Assembly: GCA_963770565.1 (NCBI GenBank) | Contig: CAVYQE010000011.1 | Span: forward strand, 64,001 to 128,000 | Direction: 5' to 3' | Length of the DNA: 64,000 nt | From: an uncultured Actinomycetota bacterium | GTDB lineage: Bacteria > Actinomycetota > Actinomycetes > JAFAQI01 | Shown here: piece by piece, positions 1 to 10,338 of the stretch | Layout: each line of letters begins with the position of its first letter | How positions within the stretch are numbered: the first letter of the stretch is position 1 | The notes under the pieces: generated by a model | What the model was told of the DNA's origin: nothing | The model's input: only the letters and a program-made list of their open reading frames with translations | Databases searched by the model: none | Translations under genes and position numbers: made by a program

Positions 1-1074
1 GTGGCGGCACTCGTCGTCGTGGTGATCGCGGTCGCGACCCGGCCGGGCAGCACTTTCGGCACCGCACTCGACTGGCAGCCACTGCGCTGGATCGGCGTGC
101 GGTCCTACAGCATCTATCTCTGGCACTGGCCGATCGCCGTGGTCACCCGGCCGGGCCTGGACACGACGATGCCGCTCTGGCTCGACCAGCTGCTCCGGAT
201 CGCGTTGACGGTCGGGTTGTCCGACGCGACGTACCGGTGGGTCGAGACTCCGGTCCGCCGGCTCGGCATCCGTACCGCGCTGGAGAACGCAGCGACCTCG
301 ATCCGCACCCAGTGGCGGCGGATCCCACCGCGGCCTACGGTCGCGGGTCCGATCGTGACGGCTGCGCTGCTCGTCGTCGGCATCCTGGTCATCGTCGTCG
401 GTCCGGCTGCACCGCAACCGACCGCGGCATCCGGAGCGAGCCATGGCGGCCGCCATCTCTCGCTGTCCGGCGGGCACCAACCTGTCGGCCCGGCCGGCAA
501 CGGTCACCCGCCCGCAACCGGCAGGTCGCACCCCGGCACGTCGCACCCCGGCTCGTCCAACCCGGGCGCGACGCACCAGATCCCGTTGCCCAAGCTCAGC
601 GGGTTCGGCGACTCGGTGCTACTGGGCGCGCGCCACGCATTGTCGAAGGTGTTCCCGGGCGGGAGCATCGACGCGGTCGTCGCCAGACAGCCGGGCCCGA
701 TCCTGGCGGACGTTCGCGCCGATGCCCGGGCCGGCCGGCTCGAGCCGTTCGTGGTCCTGCACCTCGGCAACAACGGCCTGATCCAGCCGTCCGACCTGCA
801 GCGGACCTTGCACCTGCTCTCGGCCGCCAAGCTGGTCCTCGTACTGAACGACCACCTCGATCCCTACGACCACAACTGGCAGAAGCCCAACAACGCCACG
901 ATCAACAAGGTCGTGCCGGCGTTCGCCAATGCCCGGATCCTGGACTGGAACTCGATCGCCGGTGCGCACCACAACTGGCTGTATCCCGACGACCTTCACC
1001 TCACTCTGAGCGGCGCGGTCGCTTATGCCAAACTCCTGGCGGCGACATATCGAGCCGACGTACCGCGCGGCTGA
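1..1074 (+). CDS. Acyltransferase-3 family protein with C-terminal SGNH domain (OatA-like O-acetyltransferase), 5'-partial
   Basis: PLRWIGVRSYSIYLWHWP and TYRWVETPVRR are AT3 motifs; C-terminal GDSV...GNN...DDLH SGNH catalytic motifs; Pro/Gly/His-rich linker. Confidence 0.85.
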   Translation: MAALVVVVIAVATRPGSTFGTALDWQPLRWIGVRSYSIYLWHWPIAVVTRPGLDTTMPLWLDQLLRIALTVGLSDATYRWVETPVRRLGIRTALENAATSIRTQWRRIPPRPTVAGPIVTAALLVVGILVIVVGPAAPQPTAASGASHGGRHLSLSGGHQPVGPAGNGHPPATGRSHPGTSHPGSSNPGATHQIPLPKLSGFGDSVLLGARHALSKVFPGGSIDAVVARQPGPILADVRADARAGRLEPFVVLHLGNNGLIQPSDLQRTLHLLSAAKLVLVLNDHLDPYDHNWQKPNNATINKVVPAFANARILDWNSIAGAHHNWLYPDDLHLTLSGAVAYAKLLAATYRADVPRG

Positions 1075-1102
1075 GATTTCGGGTCGCCGCAAGGGGGACG
1101 AA

Positions 1103-1735
1103 ATGCTGCCGGGTGAAGGCGCGCGCGTGTGCGGGCCGAGCGACGTCGACACGGTGGTCGAAATCCTCGTCGACTCCTTCTACGACGACACGACGTGGAG
1201 TTGGGTGTTCCCCGACCCCGACCGCCGGCGCGACCAGCAGCGAGTGCTCTGGCAGGCGCTCGTCTCCGGAGCGATCCGCTACCCGACCGTCTGGCTGTCG
1301 GCCGGCGACACCTCGGCCGCGGTGTGGATCCCGCCGGAGGGGACCGAGCTGAGCGAGGACCAGCAATCCGCGCTGGTCGAGTCGATGACCGAACTGCTCG
1401 GTGACGAGGCGCCGCGGGTGTTTCGTGTGTTCGAGGCGTTCGAGAAGGCACACCCCACCGACGAGCCGCACTACCTGCTGTCGTTGCTCGGAACAGCGGT
1501 TGCCCACCAGGGTCACGGTTACGGCCTCGGCCTGCTGGCCGAGACGTTGACAGTCGTTGATGACGCGGACATGCCGGCGTACCTCGAGGCGAGCAATCCG
1601 GCGAACGTCGCGCTCTACCAGCGGTACGGCTTCGAGTTGTGCGGGTCGTTCGCGTTGCCCGACGGCGGCGACGACGTGCCGACCATGTGGCGCCACCGAA
1701 AGAGCGAACGAAACCAGCGGTCGCGACCCAGCTGA
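1103..1735 (+). CDS. GNAT family N-acetyltransferase
   Basis: HYLLSLLGTAVAHQGHGYG acetyl-CoA motif, PAYLEASNPANVALYQRYGF; RBS AAGGGGG before ATG 1103. Confidence 0.85.
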   Translation: MLPGEGARVCGPSDVDTVVEILVDSFYDDTTWSWVFPDPDRRRDQQRVLWQALVSGAIRYPTVWLSAGDTSAAVWIPPEGTELSEDQQSALVESMTELLGDEAPRVFRVFEAFEKAHPTDEPHYLLSLLGTAVAHQGHGYGLGLLAETLTVVDDADMPAYLEASNPANVALYQRYGFELCGSFALPDGGDDVPTMWRHRKSERNQRSRPS

Positions 1736-1885
1736 TCGCAGGAACGGTCATACCCTGACCGAACCAGCGGCTGCCGACAGTTCCGGTTGGTTATCAACAA
1801 GCCCATAGGTAGTAGACCACCGCGCGGATCGGCGCCGCGAGTTCGGGCTGGCCGATCGACGCGTTTGAGCCGCTCCCGGTCCGAG

Positions 1886-1905
1886 GACGTTTCCGCGGAA
1901 ACGTC
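1886..1905. repeat. Perfect 20-bp palindrome GACGTTTCCGCGGAAACGTC
   Basis: Read directly; intergenic, ~40 bp upstream of the DinB-family gene. Confidence 0.6.
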
Positions 1906-1947
1906 TTGGGTTCCTTGTGGTGCCAAGCGGCGCCCTATCCTCGCGGG

Positions 1948-2451
1948 GTGAGCGACGATTACCTCAGCGACACCTCGACGACGGCGGGCGAGCGCGAGCA
2001 GATCGAGTCGTTCGTGCATGACTCCCGGATGGAGGTCGTCGGGCTGCTCGACGGCGTCACCGATGAGCAGGCCCGGCGTCGGCTGGTGCCGTCGCGGACA
2101 ACGCTGCTTGGCCTGGTGAAGCATGCGACGTTTGTCGAACGGGTGTGGTTCGAGGTCGCGATCGCAGGACGGACCCGCGCCGAGCTCGGCCTGCCTGAGA
2201 ACTCTGAAGAGAGCTTCGAGCTGACCGCTGAGGACACCATCAAGTCGGTACGGGCGGACTACCGGCGGGCGTGGCGGAGTGCGGAGGAGATCGCGGCCGA
2301 GCACAACCTGGACGACCTGGCGCTGCACAACCGGATGAGTCCGATGTCCCTGCGGTGGATCCTGCTCCACATCATCGAGGAGCTCGCGCGGCATGCCGGG
2401 CACGGCGACATCCTGAAGGAGCAGATCCTCGCGTCGGACGGCACCGACTAG
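1948..2451 (+). CDS. DinB/DUF664 family protein
   Basis: TLLGLVKHATFVERVWF and LRWILLHIIEELARHAGHGDILKEQI motifs; TATCCT -10 six nt before GTG (leaderless). Confidence 0.85.
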   Translation: MSDDYLSDTSTTAGEREQIESFVHDSRMEVVGLLDGVTDEQARRRLVPSRTTLLGLVKHATFVERVWFEVAIAGRTRAELGLPENSEESFELTAEDTIKSVRADYRRAWRSAEEIAAEHNLDDLALHNRMSPMSLRWILLHIIEELARHAGHGDILKEQILASDGTD

Positions 2452-2460
2452 CGGTCCAAC

Positions 2461-4485
2461 CTATGGAGCGCGCATCGACACCTTGAGGACACGCCCGCCG
2501 AGCTGGCCGGTCAAGGTGGCGCGAGCATTCTTCTGGCGGGTGTTCCAGCTCGCGGTCACCGTGCCGTTCGCAAGCGATCCCGACACGGTCCGGCCGGCAC
2601 GGTTGACGCGACCGACGGTCAGCTGACAGGTCAACGTGTGCAGGTACGGCTTCCAGATCATCGTGCCGCTGACCGCCAGGTCGCGGTCGAGGCGGTAGCG
2701 ATGGATGTGGAACCGAACCGTGTGCAACCCACCGGTGTAGGTGTACCGCCCGCCGTACAAGCCGATGCCGTGACCGGAGTAGTTGTTGTACCAGCGGTCG
2801 ATCAGGTCAGCCATCGTCTCCGCGGCCGCGGCGGCGGCGCGACGGCCGAGCACGCCGACTGCGTTGCCCAAGTCTGCAGTGGCCGGCGCCTGCTTGGTGA
2901 ACGACGGGTAGTAACGGCCGAGCGCGCGCACCGGCGGCACCTGTTTCGCGCACCGCAGGTCGGACCCGCTCAGATGCTTCGGATGCGCGACGAACGCGCG
3001 CACGATCGAGCTGCCGCACCCGTCGGTGTCGTCCTCAGCCGTCACGTGGAAGCTGTTGGCGACGATGACGTGCCGGGCGTCCGGGAACTCCGCCTTGACC
3101 AGATCGCCCTCGGCCGGCGTCGTGATCGAGTCGAGCGAGCCGGTCAGGATCAGCGTCGGCACTGACGGGTAGTGGCCGGACGGCGGTGCCGGCGGGCCGG
3201 CCTTGTGCGCGGCCGACGGCGACGGCCACTTCAGGCACCAGTTCGCCTCTGCCCAGTCCGAGTGCAGGTATTCCTCGATCGTGAACGGCGCGTAGACCTT
3301 GGGATCGGTCTTCTGCTCCTGCTTCACCGCGGCCTTGTATTGGGTGAGCCGCTCGGCCGGCGAGTCGGCCATGTCGTAGAGCTGCGGATAGTCCTCGCAC
3401 GACACGGCCGCATCGTCACCCTCGCTGTACGCCGACGCCGCTCCGTCGTAGGAGGACGAGTCGACGTTCTCCGCGACCAGGCGCAACAGCGGCGCGCGAT
3501 CGCCGTGCAGCGCCGAGCGCAGCGCGGCAGTGAACTCGCGGTAGTACTCCGGGCCGTAGGTCGCGCCGAACGCGACCGCGACCAGCGCAGCTCCGGTGAC
3601 CACGGCGTGGTGCCTTACGCCGTCTGCGTCGTACGCGATCCCGCGGTACGGCTGCTTGCGCACCTGGTCGAGCACCTTGGTCAGCAACCCGATCGGCGTG
3701 CCTCCCGCGGACTTGCAGGTGGGGGAGCGGCGGCACGCGGTGGTCATCGAGTACTGCATCGCGTGGGTCTGGGTCGGATACCACTGGGTCTCGCCGGTCG
3801 GCGGGTAGGCGCTGTCGAGGACGATGCTGCGGATCTGGTTCGGGTGCCGGCCCGCGAAGACCTGGGTGAAGAACGTGCCGTAGGAGTCGCCGTACACGTC
3901 GACCTTGCCGAGCTTGAGCGCCCGGATCACGGCCGACTGGTCGTCCGCGGCGAGCTTGCTGCCGTAGAGGTCGGCGTGGTCGCCGAGCTGCTTCGCGCAC
4001 TTCGCCGCGGCGGTGTCGTAGGCGCCGTGCAGGTTCTGCAGGCCGGGGCAGTCGATCGGTGCGCTCAGGCCGGTGCCGCGCTGGTCGATCAGCAGAAGGT
4101 TGCGCCGACGCAATAGCGCGCCGTACATCCCCGCGTAGTCGACGCCGCTTCCGGTCGTGCTGTAGCCGGGCCCGCCCTCGTGCGGTACGACGGTGCCGAG
4201 CACCGGGTCCTTCTGGTCACTCGCCGGCACGAAGGCGAAGCCGATCGACACGTCGCCCTTGACCTCGCCGCTGGGATCCCACGGCCGCTTCAGCCGACCG
4301 CAGTAGGCGTGCGGCACGACCTTGCAACGGCTGAGCACGAGCGTCCCGACCCGCAGCTGCGCGACCCCCGGCCGCGGAGCCGGCGCCGATCGAGCGGCCT
4401 GCGCCGCGACCGGCGCCGAGACGGAAACCGCCGCAACCAATGCGGCGCTGAGGACGAGGGCGCGCGTTGCGCGGGTTCCCAGCAC
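2461..4485 (-). CDS. Secreted alpha/beta hydrolase (tripeptidyl aminopeptidase/TAP-like peptidase)
   Basis: Signal peptide, GGPG oxyanion motif, DQRGTGLS, GDSYGT nucleophile elbow, C-terminal D...H residues. Confidence 0.8.
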   Translation of the reverse strand: MLGTRATRALVLSAALVAAVSVSAPVAAQAARSAPAPRPGVAQLRVGTLVLSRCKVVPHAYCGRLKRPWDPSGEVKGDVSIGFAFVPASDQKDPVLGTVVPHEGGPGYSTTGSGVDYAGMYGALLRRRNLLLIDQRGTGLSAPIDCPGLQNLHGAYDTAAAKCAKQLGDHADLYGSKLAADDQSAVIRALKLGKVDVYGDSYGTFFTQVFAGRHPNQIRSIVLDSAYPPTGETQWYPTQTHAMQYSMTTACRRSPTCKSAGGTPIGLLTKVLDQVRKQPYRGIAYDADGVRHHAVVTGAALVAVAFGATYGPEYYREFTAALRSALHGDRAPLLRLVAENVDSSSYDGAASAYSEGDDAAVSCEDYPQLYDMADSPAERLTQYKAAVKQEQKTDPKVYAPFTIEEYLHSDWAEANWCLKWPSPSAAHKAGPPAPPSGHYPSVPTLILTGSLDSITTPAEGDLVKAEFPDARHVIVANSFHVTAEDDTDGCGSSIVRAFVAHPKHLSGSDLRCAKQVPPVRALGRYYPSFTKQAPATADLGNAVGVLGRRAAAAAAETMADLIDRWYNNYSGHGIGLYGGRYTYTGGLHTVRFHIHRYRLDRDLAVSGTMIWKPYLHTLTCQLTVGRVNRAGRTVSGSLANGTVTASWNTRQKNARATLTGQLGGRVLKVSMRAP

Positions 4486-4542
4486 GGGCTGACCTTAGCC
4501 ACCGGGCCGGTGTGGTGTCCGCCGAAGTTCTTCCGGGGAACT

Positions 4543-4570
4543 ATTCACTCAGAGTATACGTCGGGTGTAT
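4543..4570. promoter_or_regulatory. Candidate tandem PadR operator overlapping the leaderless padR promoter
   Basis: Two overlapping AT(T/A)C-N7-GTAT boxes (4543-4557, 4556-4570) running into TATGGT -10, six nt before ATG 4580. Confidence 0.4.
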
Positions 4571-4579
4571 GGTGCCCGC

Positions 4580-5104
4580 ATGAGCGTTCCCCTGACCCTG
4601 CTGGGCCTGCTCGAGCGCGAGCCGAGCCACGGGTATGACCTCAAGCGTGACTACGACGCCTACTTCGGGCGCGGGAAGCCGTTGCCGTTCGGTCAGGTGT
4701 ACGCAACCCTTGCCCGGCTGGCCCGTGACGGGCTGGTCCTCGCGGCCGAGAGCGAGCCGGGCGCAGGTCCCGATCGCAAGCGGTACGTGATCACCGACCA
4801 GGGCGCCACCGAGCTCGACCGCTGGCTGACCGAGCCGGCCAAGCCCGAGCCGCACCTGCAGTCGATCTTGTTCGTCAAGGTGGTGCTCGCGCTCATGCTG
4901 GGCCGGCCGGCCGAGGAGTATCTCGACCTCCAGCGCGCGGCCCACCTTCAGCGGATGCGTGAGTTGACGGAGACCCGTCGCAGCGGCGGTCTGGTCGATG
5001 CCTTGCTCGCCGACTACGGCTTGTTCCACCTCGAAGCCGACCTGCGCTGGATCGATCTCACCGCTGCCCGGCTCGAGTCCCTAGCGAAAGAAGTGACGTC
5101 ATGA
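4580..5104 (+). CDS. PadR family transcriptional regulator
   Basis: LLGLLEREPSHGYDLK, GQVYATLARL, RKRYVIT wHTH motifs. Confidence 0.9.
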   Translation: MSVPLTLLGLLEREPSHGYDLKRDYDAYFGRGKPLPFGQVYATLARLARDGLVLAAESEPGAGPDRKRYVITDQGATELDRWLTEPAKPEPHLQSILFVKVVLALMLGRPAEEYLDLQRAAHLQRMRELTETRRSGGLVDALLADYGLFHLEADLRWIDLTAARLESLAKEVTS

Positions 5105-5787
5105 CCGCAACCGTCGAGGCCCGTGACGCGAGGCTCTCGTTCGGCGAGACGCCTGCACTGCAAGGGGCCAGCATCTATGTCGAGGCCGGCGAGATCCTCG
5201 CGGTCATGGGCCCCAGCGGCTCCGGCAAGTCGACCCTCCTGCACTGCCTGGCCGGCATCCTGGTGCCGTCCTCGGGAGAGATCTACTACGGCGGCAAGCG
5301 GATCGACACCCTCGGCGAGAACGCGCGCAGCGCGCTCCGCCGCGACCGGTTCGGCTTCGTGTTCCAGTTCGGCCAGCTCGTGCCAGAGCTCAGCGCCGAA
5401 GAGAACATCGCCCTGCCGCTACTGCTCGGCGGGGTGGAACGCGATGAAGCGATCGGCCGGGCCCGCGGCTGGTTCGACCGGCTCGACCTCGACGGGACGC
5501 AGGGGCGCCGGTCCGGGGAGCTCTCCGGCGGCCAGGCCCAGCGGGTCGCGTTGGCGCGCGGCCTGGTCGCGCAGCCCGAGGTGCTCTTCGCCGACGAACC
5601 GACCGGATCGCTCGACTCGCTCACCGGCGAGCACGTCATGGAGCTGCTGGTCGGTGCGGCCCGCGACCTCGGGACGACGGTGGTCCTGGTGACCCACGAA
5701 CCCAGGGTGGCGGCGTACGCCGACCGGGAGGTCATCGTGCGCGACGGCAAGGTCAACCAGCTTGCGCCGAGCGCCGCGCCGTCATGA
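5101..5787 (+). CDS. ABC transporter ATP-binding protein (LolD/MacB type)
   Basis: Walker A GPSGSGKS, LSGGQAQRV, ADEPTGSLD, VTH. Confidence 0.95.
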   Translation: MTATVEARDARLSFGETPALQGASIYVEAGEILAVMGPSGSGKSTLLHCLAGILVPSSGEIYYGGKRIDTLGENARSALRRDRFGFVFQFGQLVPELSAEENIALPLLLGGVERDEAIGRARGWFDRLDLDGTQGRRSGELSGGQAQRVALARGLVAQPEVLFADEPTGSLDSLTGEHVMELLVGAARDLGTTVVLVTHEPRVAAYADREVIVRDGKVNQLAPSAAPS

Positions 5788-8054
5788 TCCGCCTCGGGCT
5801 GCGGCTCACGCTCAACGGCGGTCGCGAGACTCTCCTTCGCGTCCTGGTCACCGCCGCAGCCGTGGCGCTGGGTGTCGGCATGCTGCTCATCACGGTTGCC
5901 GGCCTCAACGCGGTCAACGCGCAGAACGCGCGATACGGCTGGCTCGAGACCGGCGCCGAGCCCCCCGCGCCGGCGGCCCAGCAGACCAACGGCCCTGATC
6001 CGTTGTGGTGGCTGCTGACCGCTGACGTGTTCGACGGTCATCAGATCGGCCGGGTGGACATCGCGGCCACCGGCCCGACTTCGACAGTGCCGCCGGGGAT
6101 GTCGCGGATCCCCGCTGCCGGCCAGTACTACGCCTCGCCGGCACTCGCCGCGCTGCTCAAGACGACGCCGGCGGCGGAGCTGGCCGCCCGTTATCCAGGC
6201 CACGAGGTCGGCCTGATCGGCTCCTCCGCGCTGCCCTCGCCGGACTCGCTGCTGATCGTGATCGGGCACAGCACCGCGCAGATGAGACATCTGCCCGGTG
6301 CGCAGGAGGTCGCATCGATCGCGACGAATCCGCCGAACGAATGCAACGGACCGTGCGCCAACTTGGGGATCGACAACAGCGGACTCGATCTGGTCTTCTC
6401 GATCGCCGCAGCGGCGCTGCTGTTCCCGATCCTGATCTTCATCGGTACGGCGTCGCGGTTGTCGAGCGCGCAACGCGATCGCCGGTTCGCCGCGATGCGC
6501 CTCGTTGGTGCCACCCCCGTGCAGATCTCGGTGATCTGTGCGGTCGAGTCGACGATCGCCGCCGTCGCCGGAGTCATCTTCGGTTTCGGGCTGTTCTTTG
6601 CGATTCGCCCGGCCATTGCGACCGTCCCGTTTACCGGCACCCGGTTCTTCCCCGGTGACCTGTCGCTCAGCCTCGTCGACATCGCCGTGGTCGCGATCGG
6701 AGTGCCGATTGCCGCGACCGTTGCGGCCCGGATCGCGATTCGCCGCGTGCAGACCTCACCGCTCGGCGTCAACCGGCACGTGACCCCGCCGAGCCCCAGG
6801 GCCTGGCGGTTGATCCCGGTCCTCGCCGGGCTGGGCGAGCTCGGCTACTTCGTGTACGCCGGCCAACCCGGCTCGACGTCAGGCCAGGTTGCGGCGTATC
6901 TGCCTGGCTTGCTCGTGACGATGGCCGGGCTGGTGATCGCCGGTCCCTGGCTGACGATGACCGGCGCGCGGCTGTTGACCCGTCGGGCGCGACGCCCAGC
7001 CGCGTTGATCGCCGGCCGGCGCCTGTCCGACCAGCCACAGGCATCGTTCCGGGCGATCAGCGGCCTGATGCTCGCGCTGTTCGTTACGACCGTGGCGATC
7101 GCGATCATCACCTCGGTCAGCGCATACAACGACGGCCCGGCGTTGCCCTCCGCTGCCAAGGCCACCGTGGTCGACCAGCTGACCAGCTTCATCCCCCCGG
7201 ACCATCTGGCGACCTCGGTTCCGTCACTGCCGGCTGGATTGCTGACGCAGTTGCACTCGCAGCCCGGCGTCACCGGGGTGTCGATCGTGCACGCCCTGTC
7301 CAAGCCGCGGACCGACCGCTCCGGTCTCGTCCCTTACCAGCCCCGCGGTCTCGTCGCGTGCGACGAGCTCGCCCGAACCCCCTCGATCGGCCGGTGCCTG
7401 GCCGGCGCGACCGCGGTCGTCGTGCAAGCCCAGGCGCAGGGCACCGACAGCCTCGGCGCATCGTCGCGGACCTGGCCGACGAGCACGATCTCGCCGGCCC
7501 GACTGGCCGCGTTGCCGGTGCAGTACGTCGTCGTCGCGACCAACGGCTCGACCCAGGCGATCGAGCAGGCGCGCACCACGCTCGAGCGTGCCTACCCGGT
7601 CCTGTACTCACCCGAAACGATTGCCGAGGGCCAGTCCCTCAGCTTCACGGCCCAGCGCACCGCCGAGTTTCGTCAGCTCGCCGATGTCGTGATCCTCGCC
7701 AGCCTGCCGATCGCCGGTTGCAGCCTCGCGGTGTCGGTCATCGCGGGTATCGGCGACCGTAAGCGGCCGTTCAGCCTGCTGCGGTTGACCGGTGCTCCGT
7801 TGTCGTTGTTGCGTCGAGTGATTGCGATCGAAAGCGCGTTGCCGCTGCTCGCGACCGCGGTCATCGCCATCGCCACCGGCTTCCTGGCCGCGGGTCTGTT
7901 CCTCAACTCGCAGCTGAGCGAGAGCCTGCGGGCCCCGGGGACGGGCTACTACCTGACCGTTGCCGCCGGCCTCGCGGCGTCGCTCGGGATCATCGGCACC
8001 ACGTTGCCGTTGCTGGCACGGATGACCGGACCGGAGACCGCGCGCAACGAGTGA
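5784..8054 (+). CDS. FtsX-like ABC transporter permease
   Basis: Two FtsX repeats (RRFAAMRLVGAT, RPFSLLRLTGAP), many TM segments, ATGA overlap with the ATPase. Confidence 0.9.
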   Translation: MIRLGLRLTLNGGRETLLRVLVTAAAVALGVGMLLITVAGLNAVNAQNARYGWLETGAEPPAPAAQQTNGPDPLWWLLTADVFDGHQIGRVDIAATGPTSTVPPGMSRIPAAGQYYASPALAALLKTTPAAELAARYPGHEVGLIGSSALPSPDSLLIVIGHSTAQMRHLPGAQEVASIATNPPNECNGPCANLGIDNSGLDLVFSIAAAALLFPILIFIGTASRLSSAQRDRRFAAMRLVGATPVQISVICAVESTIAAVAGVIFGFGLFFAIRPAIATVPFTGTRFFPGDLSLSLVDIAVVAIGVPIAATVAARIAIRRVQTSPLGVNRHVTPPSPRAWRLIPVLAGLGELGYFVYAGQPGSTSGQVAAYLPGLLVTMAGLVIAGPWLTMTGARLLTRRARRPAALIAGRRLSDQPQASFRAISGLMLALFVTTVAIAIITSVSAYNDGPALPSAAKATVVDQLTSFIPPDHLATSVPSLPAGLLTQLHSQPGVTGVSIVHALSKPRTDRSGLVPYQPRGLVACDELARTPSIGRCLAGATAVVVQAQAQGTDSLGASSRTWPTSTISPARLAALPVQYVVVATNGSTQAIEQARTTLERAYPVLYSPETIAEGQSLSFTAQRTAEFRQLADVVILASLPIAGCSLAVSVIAGIGDRKRPFSLLRLTGAPLSLLRRVIAIESALPLLATAVIAIATGFLAAGLFLNSQLSESLRAPGTGYYLTVAAGLAASLGIIGTTLPLLARMTGPETARNE

Positions 8055-8077
8055 GGCGCGAGCGCGATCATTGAGCC

Positions 8078-8464
8078 ATGATCACCGCGACCCACGCCAT
8101 CATCTACGCCGAGGACGCCGAGGCGACGCGGGCCTTCTTCCGCGACGTACTGGCCCTGCCGAACGTCGACGCGCACGACGGCTGGCTGATCTTCCAGCTC
8201 CCGCCCGCGGAGCTCGGCATCCATCCGTCGGGCCATCCGGGTGACCTGCGCAACAGCGCGCCGAGCGGCCACCACGAGCTCTACTTCATGTGCGACGACA
8301 TTGAGGCGACCGTCGCGGAGCTGACCGCGAAAGGCGTGGAGTTCACCGGGCCGGTCGAATCGGCCGGCTTCGGCCTGCTGACGAGGTTCCGGGTGCCGGG
8401 GGCGGGGGAGATGGGCATCTACCAGCCTCGGCACGCGACCGCGTACGACCTCGGGACCGGCTAG
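8078..8464 (+). CDS. VOC/glyoxalase family protein
   Basis: HAIIYAEDAEATRAFFRDVL, LYFMCDDIEATVAELTAKGV. Confidence 0.85.
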   Translation: MITATHAIIYAEDAEATRAFFRDVLALPNVDAHDGWLIFQLPPAELGIHPSGHPGDLRNSAPSGHHELYFMCDDIEATVAELTAKGVEFTGPVESAGFGLLTRFRVPGAGEMGIYQPRHATAYDLGTG

Positions 8465-9540
8465 CGACGGGTCGAGACCAGCATTCCGATCGCCTTCGCG
8501 ACCTCGGCCGGTTCGAGCTGGAGGGTCGCGTCGCCGACCGACAGCTCGACCCGCTGCACGGCCGGCTCCGGGGTGGTCATGGTTCGGTGAAAGGCCCACA
8601 GCGACTCGTCGGTGGCGAGTGCCCGGATCCCGGCATCGAGGCCTTCCGGGGCGGCGGTGAGCAGCAAGTGCAGCATCGAGGTCTGCGGCGGGTCCGGGAT
8701 CACGACGACGCCTTCGATGCCACGAACCGCATCCGCGATCGCCCGCGCGTGCGCGAGGTAGGCGGGCATCTTCGGCAGTCGTGCGCGCAACAGAGTGAGC
8801 GCCGATGCCGCGTTCGGCCACAGCCCGAACTGGGTGCCGCCCATCCGCTGGCGCCACTCCCGAAGCTCCGCCGCGAACGACGTCTCGCCGACCACACAGC
8901 AACCGGGGAGCGCGCCGATTGCCTTGTAGAACGACACGTACGCCGTGTCGAACCCGGCCGCCACTTCCGCGAGTGGCCGGCCGTACCCGGCGGCCGACTC
9001 CCAGAGCCGGGCGCCGTCGAGGTGCACGGCCGCCCCGCGCTCGCGGGCCCAGCCGATCTGGGCCTTCAGGTCGTCCCAGCCCGGTTGGACCCCGCCGAGA
9101 TCGCGCTGCGGCAGCTCGATCAGCAGGACGGCGGGCGCCTCGGCGACCTCGCCGAGCGCATCGAGGTCCAGCAGCCGGTTGGCGTCCCCGACCGGGCGGC
9201 CGACCAGGCCCTGCAACCGCTCCAACGCCCGACCTTCGTGCTGCTCCAGGTGGCACATCGGGTGATAGACGACGGTCCGACGCCCGCGGTGTTCGGCGTG
9301 CAGGCGGAGCACCAGTTGCTGCGCCATCGTGCCCGTCGGTAGGAAGACCGCGGCCGGTTTGCCGAGCAGGCCGGCGACCTCGGCTTCGAGCTCGGCGACC
9401 ACTCCGTCCGCGCCGTAGCGGTCCGTGACCGTGTCGGGCGGGATCGTCGCGAGCGTCGCTGCGACGTCGACCGGGCCGTGGCCACCGAGGAATCGGGTGC
9501 AGCGCTGCTGGAGGTCGCGGGCCTCGTCGTCGGACAGCAT
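8461..9540 (-). CDS. Low-specificity threonine aldolase family PLP enzyme
   Basis: AVFLPTGTMAQ, VHLDGARLWE, YVSFYK PLP lysine. Confidence 0.85.
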   Translation of the reverse strand: MLSDDEARDLQQRCTRFLGGHGPVDVAATLATIPPDTVTDRYGADGVVAELEAEVAGLLGKPAAVFLPTGTMAQQLVLRLHAEHRGRRTVVYHPMCHLEQHEGRALERLQGLVGRPVGDANRLLDLDALGEVAEAPAVLLIELPQRDLGGVQPGWDDLKAQIGWARERGAAVHLDGARLWESAAGYGRPLAEVAAGFDTAYVSFYKAIGALPGCCVVGETSFAAELREWRQRMGGTQFGLWPNAASALTLLRARLPKMPAYLAHARAIADAVRGIEGVVVIPDPPQTSMLHLLLTAAPEGLDAGIRALATDESLWAFHRTMTTPEPAVQRVELSVGDATLQLEPAEVAKAIGMLVSTRR

Positions 9541-9651
9541 GGCAGCCGGTCTGCTCAGGGGTTCCGGACGTTACGGTGCTGAGCGACCACGATGGCAATC
9601 GGTGCGAACTCATTCGTCGTCACGACCAGGCCAGTATCTACCGAGCTCCGC

Positions 9652-10338
9652 TCAGGGTTGGAAGCGGTAGCCCATCCCGGGCTCGGTCAGCAGGTGGCGT
9701 GGCCGGGCCGGATCGGTCTCCAGCTTTCGGCGCAGCTGGGCCATGAACTGCCGCAGATAGTGCGCGGCATCCTCGTACTTCGGCCCGCGGATCGCGCGGA
9801 TCAGCTCGCGTTGGGACACCAGCCGGCCGGGGTTGCGGACCAGGATCTCGAGCAGCTGCCATTCGGTCGGCGTCAGCCGCACGTCGGTCTTGTCGTTGCC
9901 GTCGGTGTTGGTCACCCGATGCGTCTCGAGGTCGATGAAGCGGGTGCCGATCGTCGCTGACGGTGCCTCGTCGCCGACCGCCGAGCGGCGCGACACTGCG
10001 CGCACCCTCGCCAGCAGCTCATCGACGTTGAACGGCTTCGTCACGAAGTCGTCGGCGCCGGCATCCAGCGCTTGCACCTTTGCGACGCTCTGGCTGCGGC
10101 CCGACAGGATGATGATCGGTACGGTGCTCCATCCGCGCAGCCCGCGAACCACCTCGACGCCGTCCATGTCGGGCAGGCCGAGGTCGAGCACGACGAGGTC
10201 CGGATGGTGATGGGCCGCCGCGTCCAATGCCTGCCGGCCGTTGCTTGCCGTGACCACGTCATAGGACCGGGCGGCCAGATTGACGCGCAACGCCCGCAGG
10301 ATCTGGGGTTCGTCATCGACGACGAGCACCATCGTCAT
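9652..10338 (-). CDS. kdpE: Two-component response regulator KdpE
   Basis: Receiver (VVDDE, LDLGLPDMDG) plus OmpR wHTH (LRRKLETDPARPRHLLTEPGMGYRF); adjacent to kdpD. Confidence 0.93.
   Translation of the reverse strand: MTMVLVVDDEPQILRALRVNLAARSYDVVTASNGRQALDAAAHHHPDLVVLDLGLPDMDGVEVVRGLRGWSTVPIIILSGRSQSVAKVQALDAGADDFVTKPFNVDELLARVRAVSRRSAVGDEAPSATIGTRFIDLETHRVTNTDGNDKTDVRLTPTEWQLLEILVRNPGRLVSQRELIRAIRGPKYEDAAHYLRQFMAQLRRKLETDPARPRHLLTEPGMGYRFQP

Noticed and set aside
526-567. 15-nt tandem repeat (SHPGT/SHPGS/SNPG); also the poly-Gly tract near 31148-31174
   Set aside because: Ordinary low-complexity protein linkers
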